DNA from: the human T2T-CHM13v2.0 reference genome, Homo sapiens
Reading direction: 5' to 3' (one strand)
NCBI RefSeq assembly: GCF_009914755.1
Contig: NC_060947.1
Length of the DNA: 64,000 nt
The position numbers and the translations under genes are program-made. Position 1 is the stretch's first letter. Each line of letters opens with the position of its first letter. Under the pieces are notes generated by a model. The model was given only the letters and a program-made list of their open reading frames with translations. It was not told the DNA's origin and did no database searches. Below, piece by piece: positions 44,185 to 58,910 of the stretch.

Positions 44185-44795
44185 GACTAGTGTTTCTCAC
44201 CTGGGGGTGATCTGCACCTAGGGGACATTTGACAAAGTCTGGAGACATTTTGGGTTGTCACAGCTTGGGGAGGGAGTGTTACTGGCATCCAGTGAATAGT
44301 AACCAGGTGTATTAGTTTTCTGTCGCTGTAAAGGAATACCTGAGACTGGGTAATTTAGAGGTTTATTTGGCACATAGTTCTACAGGCTGTACAGGCATGG
44401 TGCCGGCATCTGCTTGGTTTCTTGGGAGGCCTCAGAGCTTTTGCTCATAGCAGAAGGCAAAGGGAGAGCAGGTGTCTCACATGGCAAGAGAGGGAGCAAG
44501 AGACAGAGGGAAGGCTAGGCTCTTTTAAACAACCAGCTCTTGCATGAACTGAGGGAACTCACTCAGTACCAGGGGGAGGGCACCAAGCCATGGTTCCTCC
44601 ATGAACCAAACACCTCCCACCAGGCCCCACCTCCAGCAGTGAGGATTACCCCACTACATTTCACTGTGAGATTTGGAAAGGGAAGACATCCAAACTATGT
44701 CACCAAAGATGCTGCTAAGCATCCTACCGTGCACAGAGCAGCCCCCATAACAGGGTTACCTGGCACCAGAGTGTCAGTAGTGTTGAAGTTAGGCT
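44185..44795 (+). mobile_element. MER20 split by MSTB
   Basis: ggggacatttgacaaagtctggagacattttgggttgtcac..aaccagg, resuming as ccaaagatgctgctaagcatcctaccgtgcacag. Confidence 0.82.
44308..44702 (-). mobile_element. MSTA/B MaLR solo LTR
   Basis: tgtattagt..aaggaatacctgagactgggtaattt..acatccaaactatgtca; TSD-like ccagg / ccaaa. Confidence 0.87.
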
Positions 44796-45134
44796 ACACT
44801 GTAGTTCACTTGCTTATTGTGTGTAGGAAGACCGGAGGCCAGTTACCTGGCAATAACAACAACAACAACAAAACCCCCTCAAACCCAAAACAAAAAAACC
44901 CCACATGACACTGTGAGTGTTTTTTTTTTTAATTTGCAGGAGATTGAGTCTTAATCCAGTTGAAGACCTTTATTTCCTTGCTAGTTACAGAGAGGTTTTT
45001 CCTGGTTCGTTGCCTGTGTTTGTTGCAGTTAGTTTTTATTGACCTTTCTAGGGTTCATGTGTGTCCCTTGGGTTTGCCATGTTTTGTTCTCCAAAGCCCC
45101 AGGAGGGTTCCCCAGTAACAGAGACTGTGTTAGA

Positions 45135-45385
45135 TTTTTAACATTTTCTTTTACTTTTTGTTTTAAATGATTTCTTTTGATTAATTACACACTCACACTG
45201 CGTTGCAAACATAGTGCTGTCAGATCCCAGTACTGTGTCCTTTACCGGCTTTCCCCAAGGGGAGTGGCTTCTCACAGGATCATAGAGCAGGAAAACCCAG
45301 GAAATCCACGTTGGTGCAACACAGTTACCTAGCCTTGGAGCCCTTACTTGGATTTCACCCTTTTTGCGTGTACTCATTTGTGAGT
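45135..45385 (-). mobile_element. L1MC-like 3' end fragment
   Basis: gttgcaaacatagt..aaacccaggaaat..ttggtgcaac..gatttcacc..gtactcatttgtg. Confidence 0.5.
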
Positions 45386-46397
45386 TGCATGTTAAAGATG
45401 AGAGTCAGTAATATATTTCCAAATGTCAACAGAACATAAATTGAGCAGAAGAGTTTATAATGAGATGGAGGATTGAGCAGAAGAGCTCATAGCGAGCCAG
45501 GGCGAACAACCTGGCGAGGAGCTCCTTGACTTTCTTGGAGGCCGAGGTGGGAGCGTTGGTGACAACCCCCGGGAAGGCAGATGTTATCAGGAGTTAAAAT
45601 GTGATGTGTGTACCGCTCATGTGTGTATGGGGTGTGCTCCTTTTGTTTTTGATGCTGAAATGAGACAAATCATTTCCCTTTTAAGCTCCAGGCAGACTGA
45701 TGGAGGGGGGAAAAATAACACCCAACTTACTGCAACCTGAAATCCTTTGCCTTGGATCCACTTCCTAAGTTCCTATAGTCCTTATTTTATAAACTGATAA
45801 AACAACTTTTCTCTCTCAAGTGATGATCATCTTGTGTTTTACACTAATTAAGCCCATATACACCTCCCTTTGGAATTCCTTCTTCTGATCTGCTTGGCCT
45901 GTTTGCCAGTTAGTCGCCTTACTAGGAGAATCAAAATGTAAACTCATAATAGACAGGAACCCAACATCATCAGCACAGGATGTGGCAGAATGATTTTTCT
46001 TTCCCACCTCTTGCTGAGAAGGCAATGAGATTGGAAATGGCAAACACCCCAGAGTTCTGTAACTCTGAGTGTGGAAGAGGAGGTGGCAGCCCTTGACCTC
46101 AGTAGCGGAGCCAGATCATCGAACATCCCCGTCCAGGAATCTGGACATGCACTGGTCAAGAATTCAGCACAATTTCCTTTGGTCTGGGGATTGGGAAGCT
46201 CTTTTTGTGAGTGAGGCATGGAGTGAAATTGCAGAAGCCTGCGTGACTTGTAGAAACCGAAGCCAGGCTCGTTTACTGCCTTGCACAAGGGAGATATGAT
46301 AAGACAGAATTTATTTGTGAGTGTCGTCGATGCCAAGGAGCCTGTCCAACATTTATAGAGGCTTTTGGGCTAAACGAAAAAGGGTTTGATCTGTCTG

Positions 46398-46610
46398 TGG
46401 AGACAGAAAGTAGATGAGTGGTTGCCTAGGACTGGGGCTTTAGGCGGGTAAGAGGTTGTCACTGCTAAAGGGTACAGGGTTAATGGAAATTCTTGAAATT
46501 GTGCTGATGGTGGCTGCACAACTCTGCAGGTACTAAAAGTTGTTGAGTTGTACTCGAAATGGGTCCACTGTATGGCATGTGTTTTATATCTCAATAAACC
46601 TGTCAAAAAA
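46398..46610 (+). mobile_element. L1MB/ME 3' end
   Basis: gagacagaaagtagatgagtggttgcctagg..gcacaactctg..ttatatctcaataaa. Confidence 0.78.
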
Positions 46611-48349
46611 GGGTGCAGGACCACTGTTTTTGTACATGTCCTCAAAATACTTCCTGTAATCTAGTGTGGTCACAGCTGGTTCATGTGCACGGACATAGTG
46701 TCAGTGTCATTGTGGAGATAGCAGTTTCAGATTCACTGGTTCCAGAAAATGTGTCCCTGCCTGTTATCTCCGTGTTGCCACAATTAAGAACCAAGGGTCC
46801 ATAACAAGCAGTGAAACCATGGTTCATATCAGAGGAAGTGGGGTGGTGTCATCTCTTTTGTATTTTTCTCTTTTCTCTCCCCCACTGCCTTTGCCCACTT
46901 CCTTCTCCAAAATAAAACAAAAGAGAGAAAGCAAGAGATAAGTGGCTGAGCTGAATGTGGTCCAGCCCTTTAGAAGAGGGGAGTACACATACTGGAGGGA
47001 AGATAAGCGAAAATACAGCCTTTCTCAAGGGCCAGCACAGACGGAGATAAAGAGAGAGCCACAGGCACACTGGCCAAGCATCAGCTCCTCAAGCATCCAT
47101 CTCACTATTCAGGGTGGGGAAATACTTGATACCTCAAGTCCTCTTTATCATCGCAGATGAAAACTGACATAGGTGATTTCCTTTCGGAGCATTTAGGGAG
47201 AATGCAAGGGAAATTGACAACACACTTGGTGCAATTGGGTAACCAGTCTTTGTGTTGCCCTCCAATGACTCTTGCTTGGAAATGATTGGAAGCCCATCGT
47301 TTTAAGTCATTGGAACGACTGTCCCCTTCATAAAGCATGATGTAGCAAAATGAAAAGCATACTTCTGGTTAAAAGTGTTTTTCAAAAAAAGCTTACCACA
47401 TTGAGGAGGTCATTTCATATTTCCTGATATTCAGCAATTTTGCTGTGAGCTTTGTAGAGTTGTTCTGGTGCTTAGTTCAAATAAGAAAGGAATTACTGAA
47501 ATTGCACATTAAGTTAAAAAAAAAATCAGGGTTTTGGGTCCTGAGACTTGTTACCTAAACATCTGTCTTGCTATTTTGTTACAGCACAAAGTAGGAATTG
47601 TAAAACATCTTCGTTATAAACTGAGTACTATACAGTCTCTGGGAGAGCAGAAGAAACGTGGTAGGAAGGAACCACCCAGGGTGGGTAATGACAGAGTAGA
47701 GATAGTCAGATAGGGCCGGAGACAAGGCCAGGAAAGGCGAGAGGAAGAGCCTGCAGGAACGAGTTTCTTGCACGTTTGAGAGCTGGACCTGCCAAGAGGG
47801 TAAGGCCAACATCTGTGTGTGTTCTTTGAGGAAATCCGAGTAGCCTGCCCTGCCTTTGACCCTCTGCTCTTTGAACTGTGGATTCCTTCCCATACACCTG
47901 TGCATTCTCAGTGCCGTGGTCAGATCCCCAAACAGACACCAAACCCCGACCTCCGAGGCCCAGGCAGGAGCATAACCCAGCCCCAAGGGGAGATAAAGAC
48001 AGAAAGAATCAGTATTATAGCAGGGACCTTTTTCAGGAATCTGCCTTCTGCAGGGCAGTGCCCTAGGTGCATTCAAGCCAGCATAGCAAATCCACATCAC
48101 TAGAAAGACTCTTTCCGTTTTATAACTTGGGAAACTAAGGCCAAGGCAGTGACAAATGCCAGGTCCCCAAACTCTGAACTGCAGATCTGCAAGCTGAATG
48201 GTGGCAGGTGGGCCAGTGGGATTTTAAAGCCGTGTGCTTTTCAGGGCACCCTGGTGCTTCTCCAAATGCCGGAAGGGTTTCCTTGAAAATTCATAGCACT
48301 ACTCAGTCAGGATTCTGCAGGACAGTGCCCTGGGGAGTGCATGAGTGGA

Positions 48350-48910
48350 TGGTTCTGTGGGTAGAAGCCACGAGCTGAAGATAGTTTTACATGTTTAAAG
48401 AGTAAAGAGACTGGGAGCGGCGGCTCATGCCTGTAATCCCAACACTTTGGGAGGCTGAAGTGGGAGGATTACTTGAGCCCAAGGAGTTCAAGACCAGCCT
48501 AGGCAACATAGCAAGACCTTGTCTCTAAAAATAAATAAAATAAAATAAAAGCCAGGCATGGTGGCAGTGCTCCTGTAGCCCCAGCTATGCGGGAGGATTG
48601 TTTGAGCCCAGGAGTTCGAGGCTGCAGTGAGCCATGTTCATGCCAATGCACTCCAGCCTGGGCAACAGAGCCAGATCCTCTCTCAAAAAAAAAAAAAAAA
48701 AAGAAAAGAAAAAAACAGTACCTTGTTGATACATGGAAATGATGTGACATTCAGATAAAGTTTTACTGGAGCTCCGCCATGCCCATTCATGGACATATTT
48801 TCTATGGTTGCTTTTTCACAACAAGGGGTGTTGCAACCATGGCAACAGACACTGTCTGTCTTGCGAAGCCTAAGATATTTGCTCTCTGGTCCTCTGCAGA
48901 ACTAGCGTGT
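48350..48910. mobile_element. MER58B interrupted by an AluJ
   Basis: cacgagctgaagatagttttacat..ataaagttttactgga..gcccattc..aagcctaagatatttgctctctgg. Confidence 0.65.
48409..48716 (+). mobile_element. AluJ
   Basis: Dimeric Alu with A-rich tail. Confidence 0.88.
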
Positions 48911-49822
48911 AGTTCTGAGTGCTTGAAGGCACGTACCATCTTGGTGGTGTGACTTGGACTTTCACCTCTCCTGATCCCTTCTTCATTTCCACCCTACTCT
49001 CATCTTGCCTTGCTTGCAGAAGCCTGGTATTTTCATAATTCGAGAGTCACTTACTTCATGTGAAGTCTTGTCCCAGTTAAAGTGCCAATAGTCCTGGGAG
49101 AGGTAATACATTAAACCTTATCAGTTATTTATACCTCAGGATTGGAAGGGATTGTTGCTGGCTTTGTCCTATAACAGCTGCGACCAGAGGACAGAGCCTA
49201 AGGGCTGTTGCATGAAATGAGGGAGGTGTGGGTCACCTCTGTGCAGGGCATGAGAAGAGAGGAGGCTGGGTCATCTGAAAGATGACCTTTGTTCATGGCC
49301 TTTTTCTGTATCCTCCTCAGTCACCCAGAAATTGGGATTGTTGGTGACAATCTTTTGGGAATTGGTGTTAGCTTCGGAGAGCCACTTAGCCTGAAGACCC
49401 TCCTTACTCCGTTATCATAGAACCAGAGTGGTAGCCACACAGGCAGACTGTCCATGCTGACGTGTAAGGCAGGGCCTTACACCTCCTACCCATGTAGGAG
49501 GTGGTGGAGCTGGGATTTTACATGGACAGCCTTCTGCTCCCCTGGTGCTTAGCTACATTCTAGTGCCTTCTGTGCAATGCCAGCTTAACATACATATGAA
49601 GTGTGCTGACCCATCTCCTGCCTTTGCGTTCACTATTTTAGATGGTTGTGTCACCTTGAGCCTGGACTAGGGAGATAACACGTGAAGGAGATGCCGCGTG
49701 GTTTCTGTCTTGTCCATGGTACGTGGAACACATTCCCCTCAGTAACATTATGGTTGAGACATGGAATGCCACAATGTACAGTTGCCACCATATGGTATAC
49801 TTCATATATATACACATATATA

Positions 49823-49995
49823 TTTATTTAGTTTATTTTAATTTTTTTAGAGACAGAGTCTTGCTCTGGTGCCTAGGCTGGAGTACAGTGGTGCAGTCGT
49901 AGCTCACTGCAGCCTCGATCTCCTGGGCTCAGTGATCCTCCCACTGCATTGTCCCAAAGCGCTTGGATTATAGGTGTAAGCCACTGGGCCCGGCC
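49823..49995 (-). mobile_element. FRAM-like Alu monomer
   Basis: Single right-type monomer ending ..gggcccggcc. Confidence 0.75.
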
Positions 49996-51395
49996 TACTT
50001 GTATATTTTTCATTGCAAATGTACATTTCAGTTACGTTGTGGGCTTTAAAAAGCCTTTCTAGGCTAGTTGGGAATTTGACCCTATTTTTTACAGCATAGT
50101 TTCTAGGAGAAAAACATTTCTGAGGAAGTAACAAAAGAAGACTTGGGCTGTATCCCATTTTTAATTTAGAGAGCACTGTCATTTGAAAATTTCTTCTCTC
50201 AACATGTTTTCTTTTTGAGACATGAAGTAGGCAGGCAGGATCTTTTTTACAGTGGCGCTGGTGTCTTTGGGAAGCGGCTTCCTTGGTTTGCCTTTGCTCA
50301 TTTTCTTTCTTGACTTCTCCAGGCATTCAGCTGCAGGCATGTACCTCTGCTGCTGGGAGAGTGGCAAGGAGAGGGGGTTGGAGGAACGGGGATAAAAATT
50401 AGCTAGAATTCAAAAACGGCAGTGACAGCCCAGATGATTTTTCATGCTAACCTACTTTAAAAGCTGCCAGAATAATTGTGGAGTGGGAAATCTCTCATTT
50501 CTCCTGTCCTACTCTGACAAGATCTAAAAATAACTTTGAGGAGATGGGCATGTGGCCCTTTGATCTCCTTGGCCTGGAGTATTTCTTGGTAGGAGCAGAG
50601 CTTACAAGAAGGTGTTCTTCAATGAGTGTTCTGGCAGTCGGAGTTGTGGGTGGGGCTGATTACTGTAATCTTCCTTCGTCATTGAACGATTTCATCTGCC
50701 CCTGGTTTCCATTACTTGCTGCTCTAAATATTCCTCTCCCCGCACCTTCCTTTTATGTAGCCACAAACTGGAATATGTGCATGGAAAACCCAAAGGAGGC
50801 AAATCCCACTTACACTGCAGAACTTTGGTGCTGGATTTAGCGGCTATTTACCAAGCACCTCCTCTTCCAGAATAAGTAGCACAGATCTTTGACCGCCCCC
50901 CGCCCCCCACCGAGGGACTGTGGTCTAGTTGGAAGACACAAGGCAGAGGTGTAAAAAGGGAACTCTGGAGATAGGAATTGGAAATGGGGCTGAGAGCTGA
51001 AGAGATGGCCTGGGGCTAGAGACCAGGGAGATGGGAGGAGGGGGAGTTCCTTGGAAGAGTGTGCCCCTAAGAGATCCTGAAGAGTGAGCAGAGATTGATG
51101 AGAGGCGAGAGGAGACCTAGAGTTATCAGGGCTGCAGAGGTGTCCTTGGCACATAGAGGCCATAGTATCCACGTTGGCTTCCAGGGTAGGGGCAGTGCAT
51201 CTGCGGCTGGCTGAAGATGGAATAAATGGGATAGTGGCTAAAAAGATGGGGGTATTGGGGGAACACCTCTCCTTGGAGTGGTCCTCCTTGCAGATAAGGG
51301 GAGACGTAGAACAGCACTTGACAGGGAAGCTGGTGTGGGGGAAGGATTTTTTTTACACTAGGGGAGACTTGTGGTTGAGTTAAACAGGTTCTAGA

Positions 51396-51705
<310 letters not shown>

Positions 51706-52120
51706 TAAAGAGATAAGATAAAGAATGGGGGGAGGGGACGTATTTTTTGCAGGAGGGAAATTTTGAGGGTTTTTAGCCTTGGAAAAGGAGCAGAACAGAT
51801 GGGAAGGTCGTAAACGTGGAACCTTTGGAAGCAGAAAGGAAGATGATTTCTCTTAAAAAGTTTTGCCTAGAGATGACTAATGTGAAGGTCTTGGTGTTTT
51901 AAGGGAGCAGGGAAAGCCAGAGGTGGTGGGTCCGGTAGATGCAGGAACTGACCCAGGCTTTCAGATTGTACACTGGGGAGCAGAGAGTGCGTGCTTGGGG
52001 GTGGGGAGGCTGCTGGCCAGGGCTGACCTTCCTCCCATGACCCCTGCGTAGAATCAGAGTAGCCTCATTTAGTGTACTTGAGTCAAGGCCTTCTGTTTAA
52101 GAGCTTATTTGAACTCATTA

Positions 52121-52372
52121 CAGTCATCGCTTGGTATCCTTGGGGGATTGGTTCCAGGACCTCCTGCGGATACCCAAATGATTGCACACTCAAATCCTGT
52201 AGTCCTCTCAGCAAAACCTGCTGATAGGAAAAGTCAGCCCTCTGTGTCTATGGGTTTTGCATCCCCAGATACTGTATTTTCCATCTGAATTTGGTTGTGA
52301 ATGCAGAACCTGCCCATAAGGAGGGCCAATTGTATTTATTGAAAAAAATCCGTGTTGTTCAAGGGTCAGTTA
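52121..52372. mobile_element. MER8/Tigger2-derived MITE
   Basis: ta|cagtc..gggggattggttccaggacc..aaaagtcagccctc..gtgttgttcaagggtca..|ta; TA target sites. Confidence 0.8.
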
Positions 52373-52464
52373 TAGTTTGAACTACAAAAAGCAAGCAACC
52401 AAACAAAACCCCCAAAAACCAAAGCTTTAATTGGTTAAGTCAGAGCAGACTAAAAAGGACTACA

Positions 52465-52950
<486 letters not shown>

Positions 52951-53973
52951 AGCAGGTTAGCCCGTGAGACTCTCTGGTCCTTGAGTGAGAGGGAAGGATG
53001 AGGGCTTGCAGATGATCCCAGTGGGCTGGTTCTGGAAGCGAAACCTGCAGGCCCCATGGCTTGGGGAAGGCTGACCATAGCAGGTGGGAGGAGCTCTCTG
53101 AAGGCCGAGGCTGAGCACTGGTGGAGAACAGGGCCCGTGCTCACGTATCCCACACCCCAGAACTTGGTGTGCTGGATTCCAGCCTTGTGTGTTTCTCATT
53201 ATGACTATGTAAATGCCAGGAGGGTTGGGACTGTGTGATTTTTCTTCTTGCTTGGATGCTCGAGAGTTCTTCATTAATTAGTGAAGGAAAGCTGGCTCTA
53301 AGGAGAAGCAGTTGAAGTGGAGTTCATTGCCCCCACTTCTCTGCAGCAGGAATGCCTTGTCCCTCCTGCCTCGGTTGAACTCACTTTCTCAGGCTCCCAC
53401 CTTTGAATGGAGGCCCTTGTCAGGCTCTCCATCCCCAGCGACTCTGTTGACATTTCCCCATGGGAAAGGAAAAGACCATCTGAAAGTTTCCATCTGTGTG
53501 CAAGGTTTTCTGAACATGTTGACAACATGGGTTTAATTTTGTGAGGTCAGCAAGAGTTCTTGTGGTTTGGGATTTAGTAAAAACTGTAGGCTTTGTATGG
53601 GAAGAAAATCTCTCTCACCTCTGTCTTCTATTCTTCATTCTCTACACAGACTCTCCACTTGTCTTTAGCACTAAAAACACAAACTAAGCATTATGTTTTA
53701 AAAAAAACCCAAACCCCAAGTCCAGTAGCTGATTGCCCTGCTTTAGCTTTTCTCCCTCGTTGTCATTCTTCAAAGAAAGACTCCACTCCTTTCAGCTGTC
53801 ACCCTTTCACCCTGATCACCGCATGCAGTCTGGCCTCTGCCCCACTTGAAAGAAGCACTCTTCCCAGGGCACCCGGGAACTCGGAACTGTGAACCCCCAG
53901 AGTCTGCCCAGCCCCTCTGTCCCTGCCTTTTGAGCAACAGCGACTGGTGCCACAACCTGGGGTGCCCCTTTCC

Positions 53974-54117
53974 CTGGGCAGCATTACCCACACTGGGCCA
54001 CCGTGGGCCAAGTCACCCACACTGGGCCAGGTCACCCACACTGGACCATATGAGGCCACGCCACTCACACTGGGTCATGTCACCCACCCCAGGCCACACT
54101 GGGCCATGTCACCCACA
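53974..54117. repeat. Degenerate minisatellite, 3 x 48 bp (19+10+19)
   Basis: Monomer ctgggccatgtcacccaca and half-unit ctgggccaca in strict 19-10-19 order. Confidence 0.85.
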
Positions 54118-54324
54118 CTTGGCAGGGTCCTGTCTTTCTCCACTCTGGTGTCTCCTTTATCTTGATGCTCAAGACTCTCTCAAAACACCAGTGGTTCAGC
54201 ACAGTGTGGGGACAGAGACTTCAGCGAGGCGCCCCCAGCCCCACCCTTGACGGGAAATAAGCGCAAACTCCTTGTGCCTGAGACTCAAAGGGTCGTGTGC
54301 CTTTATTGGCCCCCTTGCCTTACA

Positions 54325-54485
54325 CCAGTGTTCTTAACCTTTCTGTGTGTGTGCGTGGCTCTCTGTAGTCATCGAGTGAAGCCGCAGAGGTCTCAGAATC
54401 ACATTCTAAAATAAAAGTAGAATCATAAAGGAAGCGATTAAAAGTGCAATTGTCAAAATATCAAAAACATGATTTGTTGAATAGT
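54325..54485. mobile_element. Charlie4a/MER80-like fragment
   Basis: cagtgttcttaaccttt..gtgaagcc..tctcagaat..aaaggaa..tcaaaatat. Confidence 0.5.
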
Positions 54486-54489
54486 GCTT

Positions 54490-55320
<831 letters not shown>

Positions 55321-55329
55321 TTTCTAAAC

Positions 55330-55582
55330 CTTTTTTATTTTTTCCTTTTGTTTTGAGACAGGGTTTCACTCTGTCCCCCAGGCTGGAGTGCAGTGGCACG
55401 ATCGTGACTCAGTGTAGCCTTGATCTCCTGGGCTCAAGCGATCCTCCTGCCTCAGTCTATCAAGTAGCTTGGACTACAGGCACATGCCACCATGCCCAGC
55501 TAATTTTTGTATTTTTGGTGGAGATGAGGTCTTGGTATGTTGCTCAGGTTGGTCTTGAACTCCTGGGCTCCAGCAATCACCT
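55330..55582 (-). mobile_element. AluJ, 5'-truncated
   Basis: Reverse Alu that stops inside the left arm. Confidence 0.82.
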
Positions 55583-56656
55583 GTCCTTGGAGGGAGTTGG
55601 CAATGGAAGTGGGTTGGCTGTTGGAGCCCATTAGAATATTCCAGAGGGATGATGGTTCCTTGGACCAGGGTGTGGTCAAGGAGCTGGAGAGATGGGAGTC
55701 AATTACAGACAAGACAGTGGGATTTATTGGGATTCTTGATTTCTCTCAGTGGTGAGAAATTTCGTCTTTCCACACACCTTCCATGGAAACCCGGAACACC
55801 ATGGGTCCCCCGTAGGCAGTCTTAAGAGGATAGCTGTTTTTGTTCTCCTTCCAAATTCCCATTAGACTTGAGGTCAGAGTCACACTTTACTTGTTTTGAA
55901 TATTTAAAGTAGTATACCTAATAGCTCAATAGACTGTATGCTTTTATTTTTATTTTTTGAGCCTGCCTTCCTAGGTATTTGGACAAATTTCTCCATAAGA
56001 GAAGTGAACACGTAACTCTAACTTGTAATAGCAAATACCGCGGGAACACTGGGAGCCACATATTAAGATGTTATTAGACCTTCCCTGGAGTATCCAAATG
56101 GTCTATAATTACTTAATAAGGAGAAGTTTTTGCTGAGATTTACATGATAGAGATTTGCTTTTTAAAAAGAAATTATCCAGATTTGAATGGAAAAATTGCA
56201 TAGTCTCCTGAGTGTTGTTTTGCCTTTGACTTTGTACTGTTTAAGAACTGATTATGAGCAGGAGGAAATAACTCACTTCAGCTGTAATATAAATGTGCAT
56301 TGGTATTTAAGCATATGTGACACATAAAACAATACCAACTTGGCCAGAATTTAAATGTTTATGTAAATTACATTTTTGGACAGGCACTTTCCTCTATTTT
56401 GCAGAGAAAATAATTTTTTCCCAAAGAGATTTTGTGTTTAAAAAAAAAAACCCTAATACTACTATTAGGAGTGTTAGATGCCTTCGATGTGGTTTTCTTT
56501 CCTCTTTTTGCCTGAAAGGCTTGAGTGCTGAAGCATCTAGCGCTATTCTTGTGTCCGGGAACGTTCCTGCCTCATTTTTGTTTCTAGTCTTGTTTCTTTC
56601 TGTGTCAGAAATAAGACTAATGCGTGCAGCTGCACCTATAGTTCAAGATGAAGGGG

Positions 56657-56775
56657 TCTGTGTGAGAGAGAGAACGTCTGTGCATGTGTGTATGTGTGTG
56701 AGTGTGTGTGTGAGAGAGAGGAGAGACGGGCGGGGGAGGGGAGAGAGAGAGAAAAGAGAGAGAGAGAAAAAAAAA
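56657..56775. repeat. Compound (GT)n/(GA)n low-complexity repeat
   Basis: Seen directly. Confidence 0.8.
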
Positions 56776-57159
56776 CACAGCCTCTTTGTAATACCTGGTT
56801 GACTCAGTGAAGTCTGGCTCTCTGAGCTTTACTGAATTCCTCCTTACTTATTTTGGGGCCGGAGGTGGAGATGAGTTCAAAAGTAGATAAAATTTGCCTG
56901 TTACCTAAATGAGCAGAATAGATTGCGCATAATCTTTTCTAGATGAAGCCTGTGTTTTTGGCATTCTGCTCTCAAGTCCTCTGAGCTGATCTGAGAGTGA
57001 ACTGGAGTGTTAAGTTGAGAGAGATGTTGATGACTCTGGTGTGGTCTTTTCCTTTCGGAGAAGTGGAGGTGAAACGACTTGCCCGGGGTCCCTGGGAAGC
57101 AGAGCTTGTGCCAAGATGTAATTTTTCGGTTCTAAGCCCTGTGGTTTTTCTTCTACAGC

Positions 57160-57360
57160 AAGGTGGGTACCCTTTTTCTGTAAGGGACCAGAGAGTATGG
57201 ATTTTAGGATTTTGGGGCCAGTCTTGGCAACTATTCACCTCTGCAACTCAGCCACATTGTGAGAAGGCAGCCCTGCACATTGCATAAACAAACAAATGTG
57301 GCTGTATTCCAATAAAACTCCATTTATGGCCACTGACTTTTGAATTTCATAGAATATTCT
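57160..57360. mobile_element. MER58
   Basis: tttttctgtaagggaccaga..gtggctgtattccaataaaact..ttgaatttcata. Confidence 0.7.
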
Positions 57361-58179
57361 GTAAGCATGTGTCAGCAGCTTCCCCTGTGCAGGTCCATGC
57401 TCAGAGGTAGTCGCGTTGGGGAAAGTTGCTTTCTGCCCTCCTGGAGTTGATAGACTTGTGGGGAGGCAGATACTGGAAAGCAGCCACAGACACACCAAAG
57501 GGGGGAGTCAGTCCCCTGTCATGGGAATTGTGATGGGGAGCGCCCTCCCCTGTGCATTTAGAAAGGCCCCGCCACACGGAACCATTGGGAAGCTGAGGCT
57601 TGGAGATTGCGTGGGATTTGAGATGAGCCAGGCGTGGGCAGGGAGATCGCACAGGGGAAAGGAGGATCGCCGTGGATCACACAGGACAAAGGAGGTCCTG
57701 ACCTGTCCACCCCCAAAGCCCTTTGCTTCCCTAGCCCACGTTGGTGTAGGGTGGGCCGAGAGGGGGCGCAGTGTGAGGAGTGACTGTAGCTGCAGCTCAG
57801 CAGTGTCTCAGGAGAAGCCAGCTGTCTCTACTCACCACGGGAGTTTATTTCCAGTGTGGGAGAGGGACTCTTGAGAGAGAAGGACAAGATGCCCGTTTGC
57901 CCTACAGATTCCTTTGAGGAAAATTCCTATAGGGGTCTCGTCTCTGTTGTATTTATTGTAGTACGACCTTTTTTTAAGTGATTCACCATAATCTCTCTAG
58001 GCCATATTTAGGCACTGACCCTAAATGTGCGTTAAAAAAAAAGGTTTGGGATATTTTGGTTTATTTATTTGTGTGTATGTATATAGTTGTTAAATTGGTG
58101 TCCTTGGGGTGGGGGTTGATCGGTGGAACCTTATCTTCTCTGCTTTCTTGCTCCACCCCATATTTTGGTTTGTTTTTGT

Positions 58180-58325
58180 TAGAGGTCGGCAAACCTTTTG
58201 TTGTCAATGGCCAGATAATAAATATTTTGTGGTTTTTAAACCCTGTAGTCTCTGGGTGTTATATGGCAAAAGCAGCCATTGACAACATGTGAGTGACTGA
58301 GTGTGTTTATTTATGGGCACTGAGG
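58180..58325. mobile_element. MER58 fragment
   Basis: agaggtcggcaaac..ggccagataataaatatttt..aaagcagccattgacaa. Confidence 0.65.
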
Positions 58326-58385
58326 TGCTGGGATCCCATATTCACACTGTTCCGCCACCATCACCGCCATTCATAACTCCCAAAC

Positions 58386-58668
58386 TTTTTCTTTTTCTTG
58401 GTGGAGGAGTGGAGCAGGGTCTTGCTCTGTTGCTCAGGCTGGAGTGCATCACAGCTCCCTACAGCCTTAACGATCCTCCCATGTCAGCCTCCCGAGTAGC
58501 TGGGACCACAGGTGCGCATCACCACGCCAGGCTGATTTTTTAACTTTTCTGTAGAGACGTGGTCTCCTTAGGTTGCCCAGGCTGGCATCAAACTCCTGGC
58601 CTCAAGCATTCCACCCACTCCTGCCTCCCAAAGTGTTGGGATTACAGGTGGGAGCCACCGTGCCCAGC
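58386..58668 (-). mobile_element. AluJ inside an L1MB fragment
   Basis: Reverse Alu; L1M sequence resumes at cagaaattttcatt. Confidence 0.82.
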
Positions 58669-58910
58669 CTCAGAAATTTTTCATTATCCCAACCCGAAAC
58701 CTGGTCCCCATGAAACAGTAACTCCCCATTCTCCCTTCCCCCGCAGCCCCTGGCACCCACCGTTCTATTTTCTGTGTCTGTGGATTTGACTAGTCTGAGG
58801 TGCCTCATGTCAGTGGAGTCATGCTCTGTTTGTCCTTTTGTGTCTGGCTTTTTTCACTTAGCATAATGTCCTTGAGGTTCTCCCATGTTGTAGCCTGTGT
58901 CAGGACATTT
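58669..58910 (-). mobile_element. L1MB 3' fragment
   Basis: aactccccattc..cagcccctggcaccc..ctgtggatttgact..cacttagcataatgtc. Confidence 0.78.

Noticed and set aside
53974-54117. Repeat array as CRISPR-like
   Set aside because: Eukaryotic context, no unique spacers, no cas genes; it is a degenerate minisatellite
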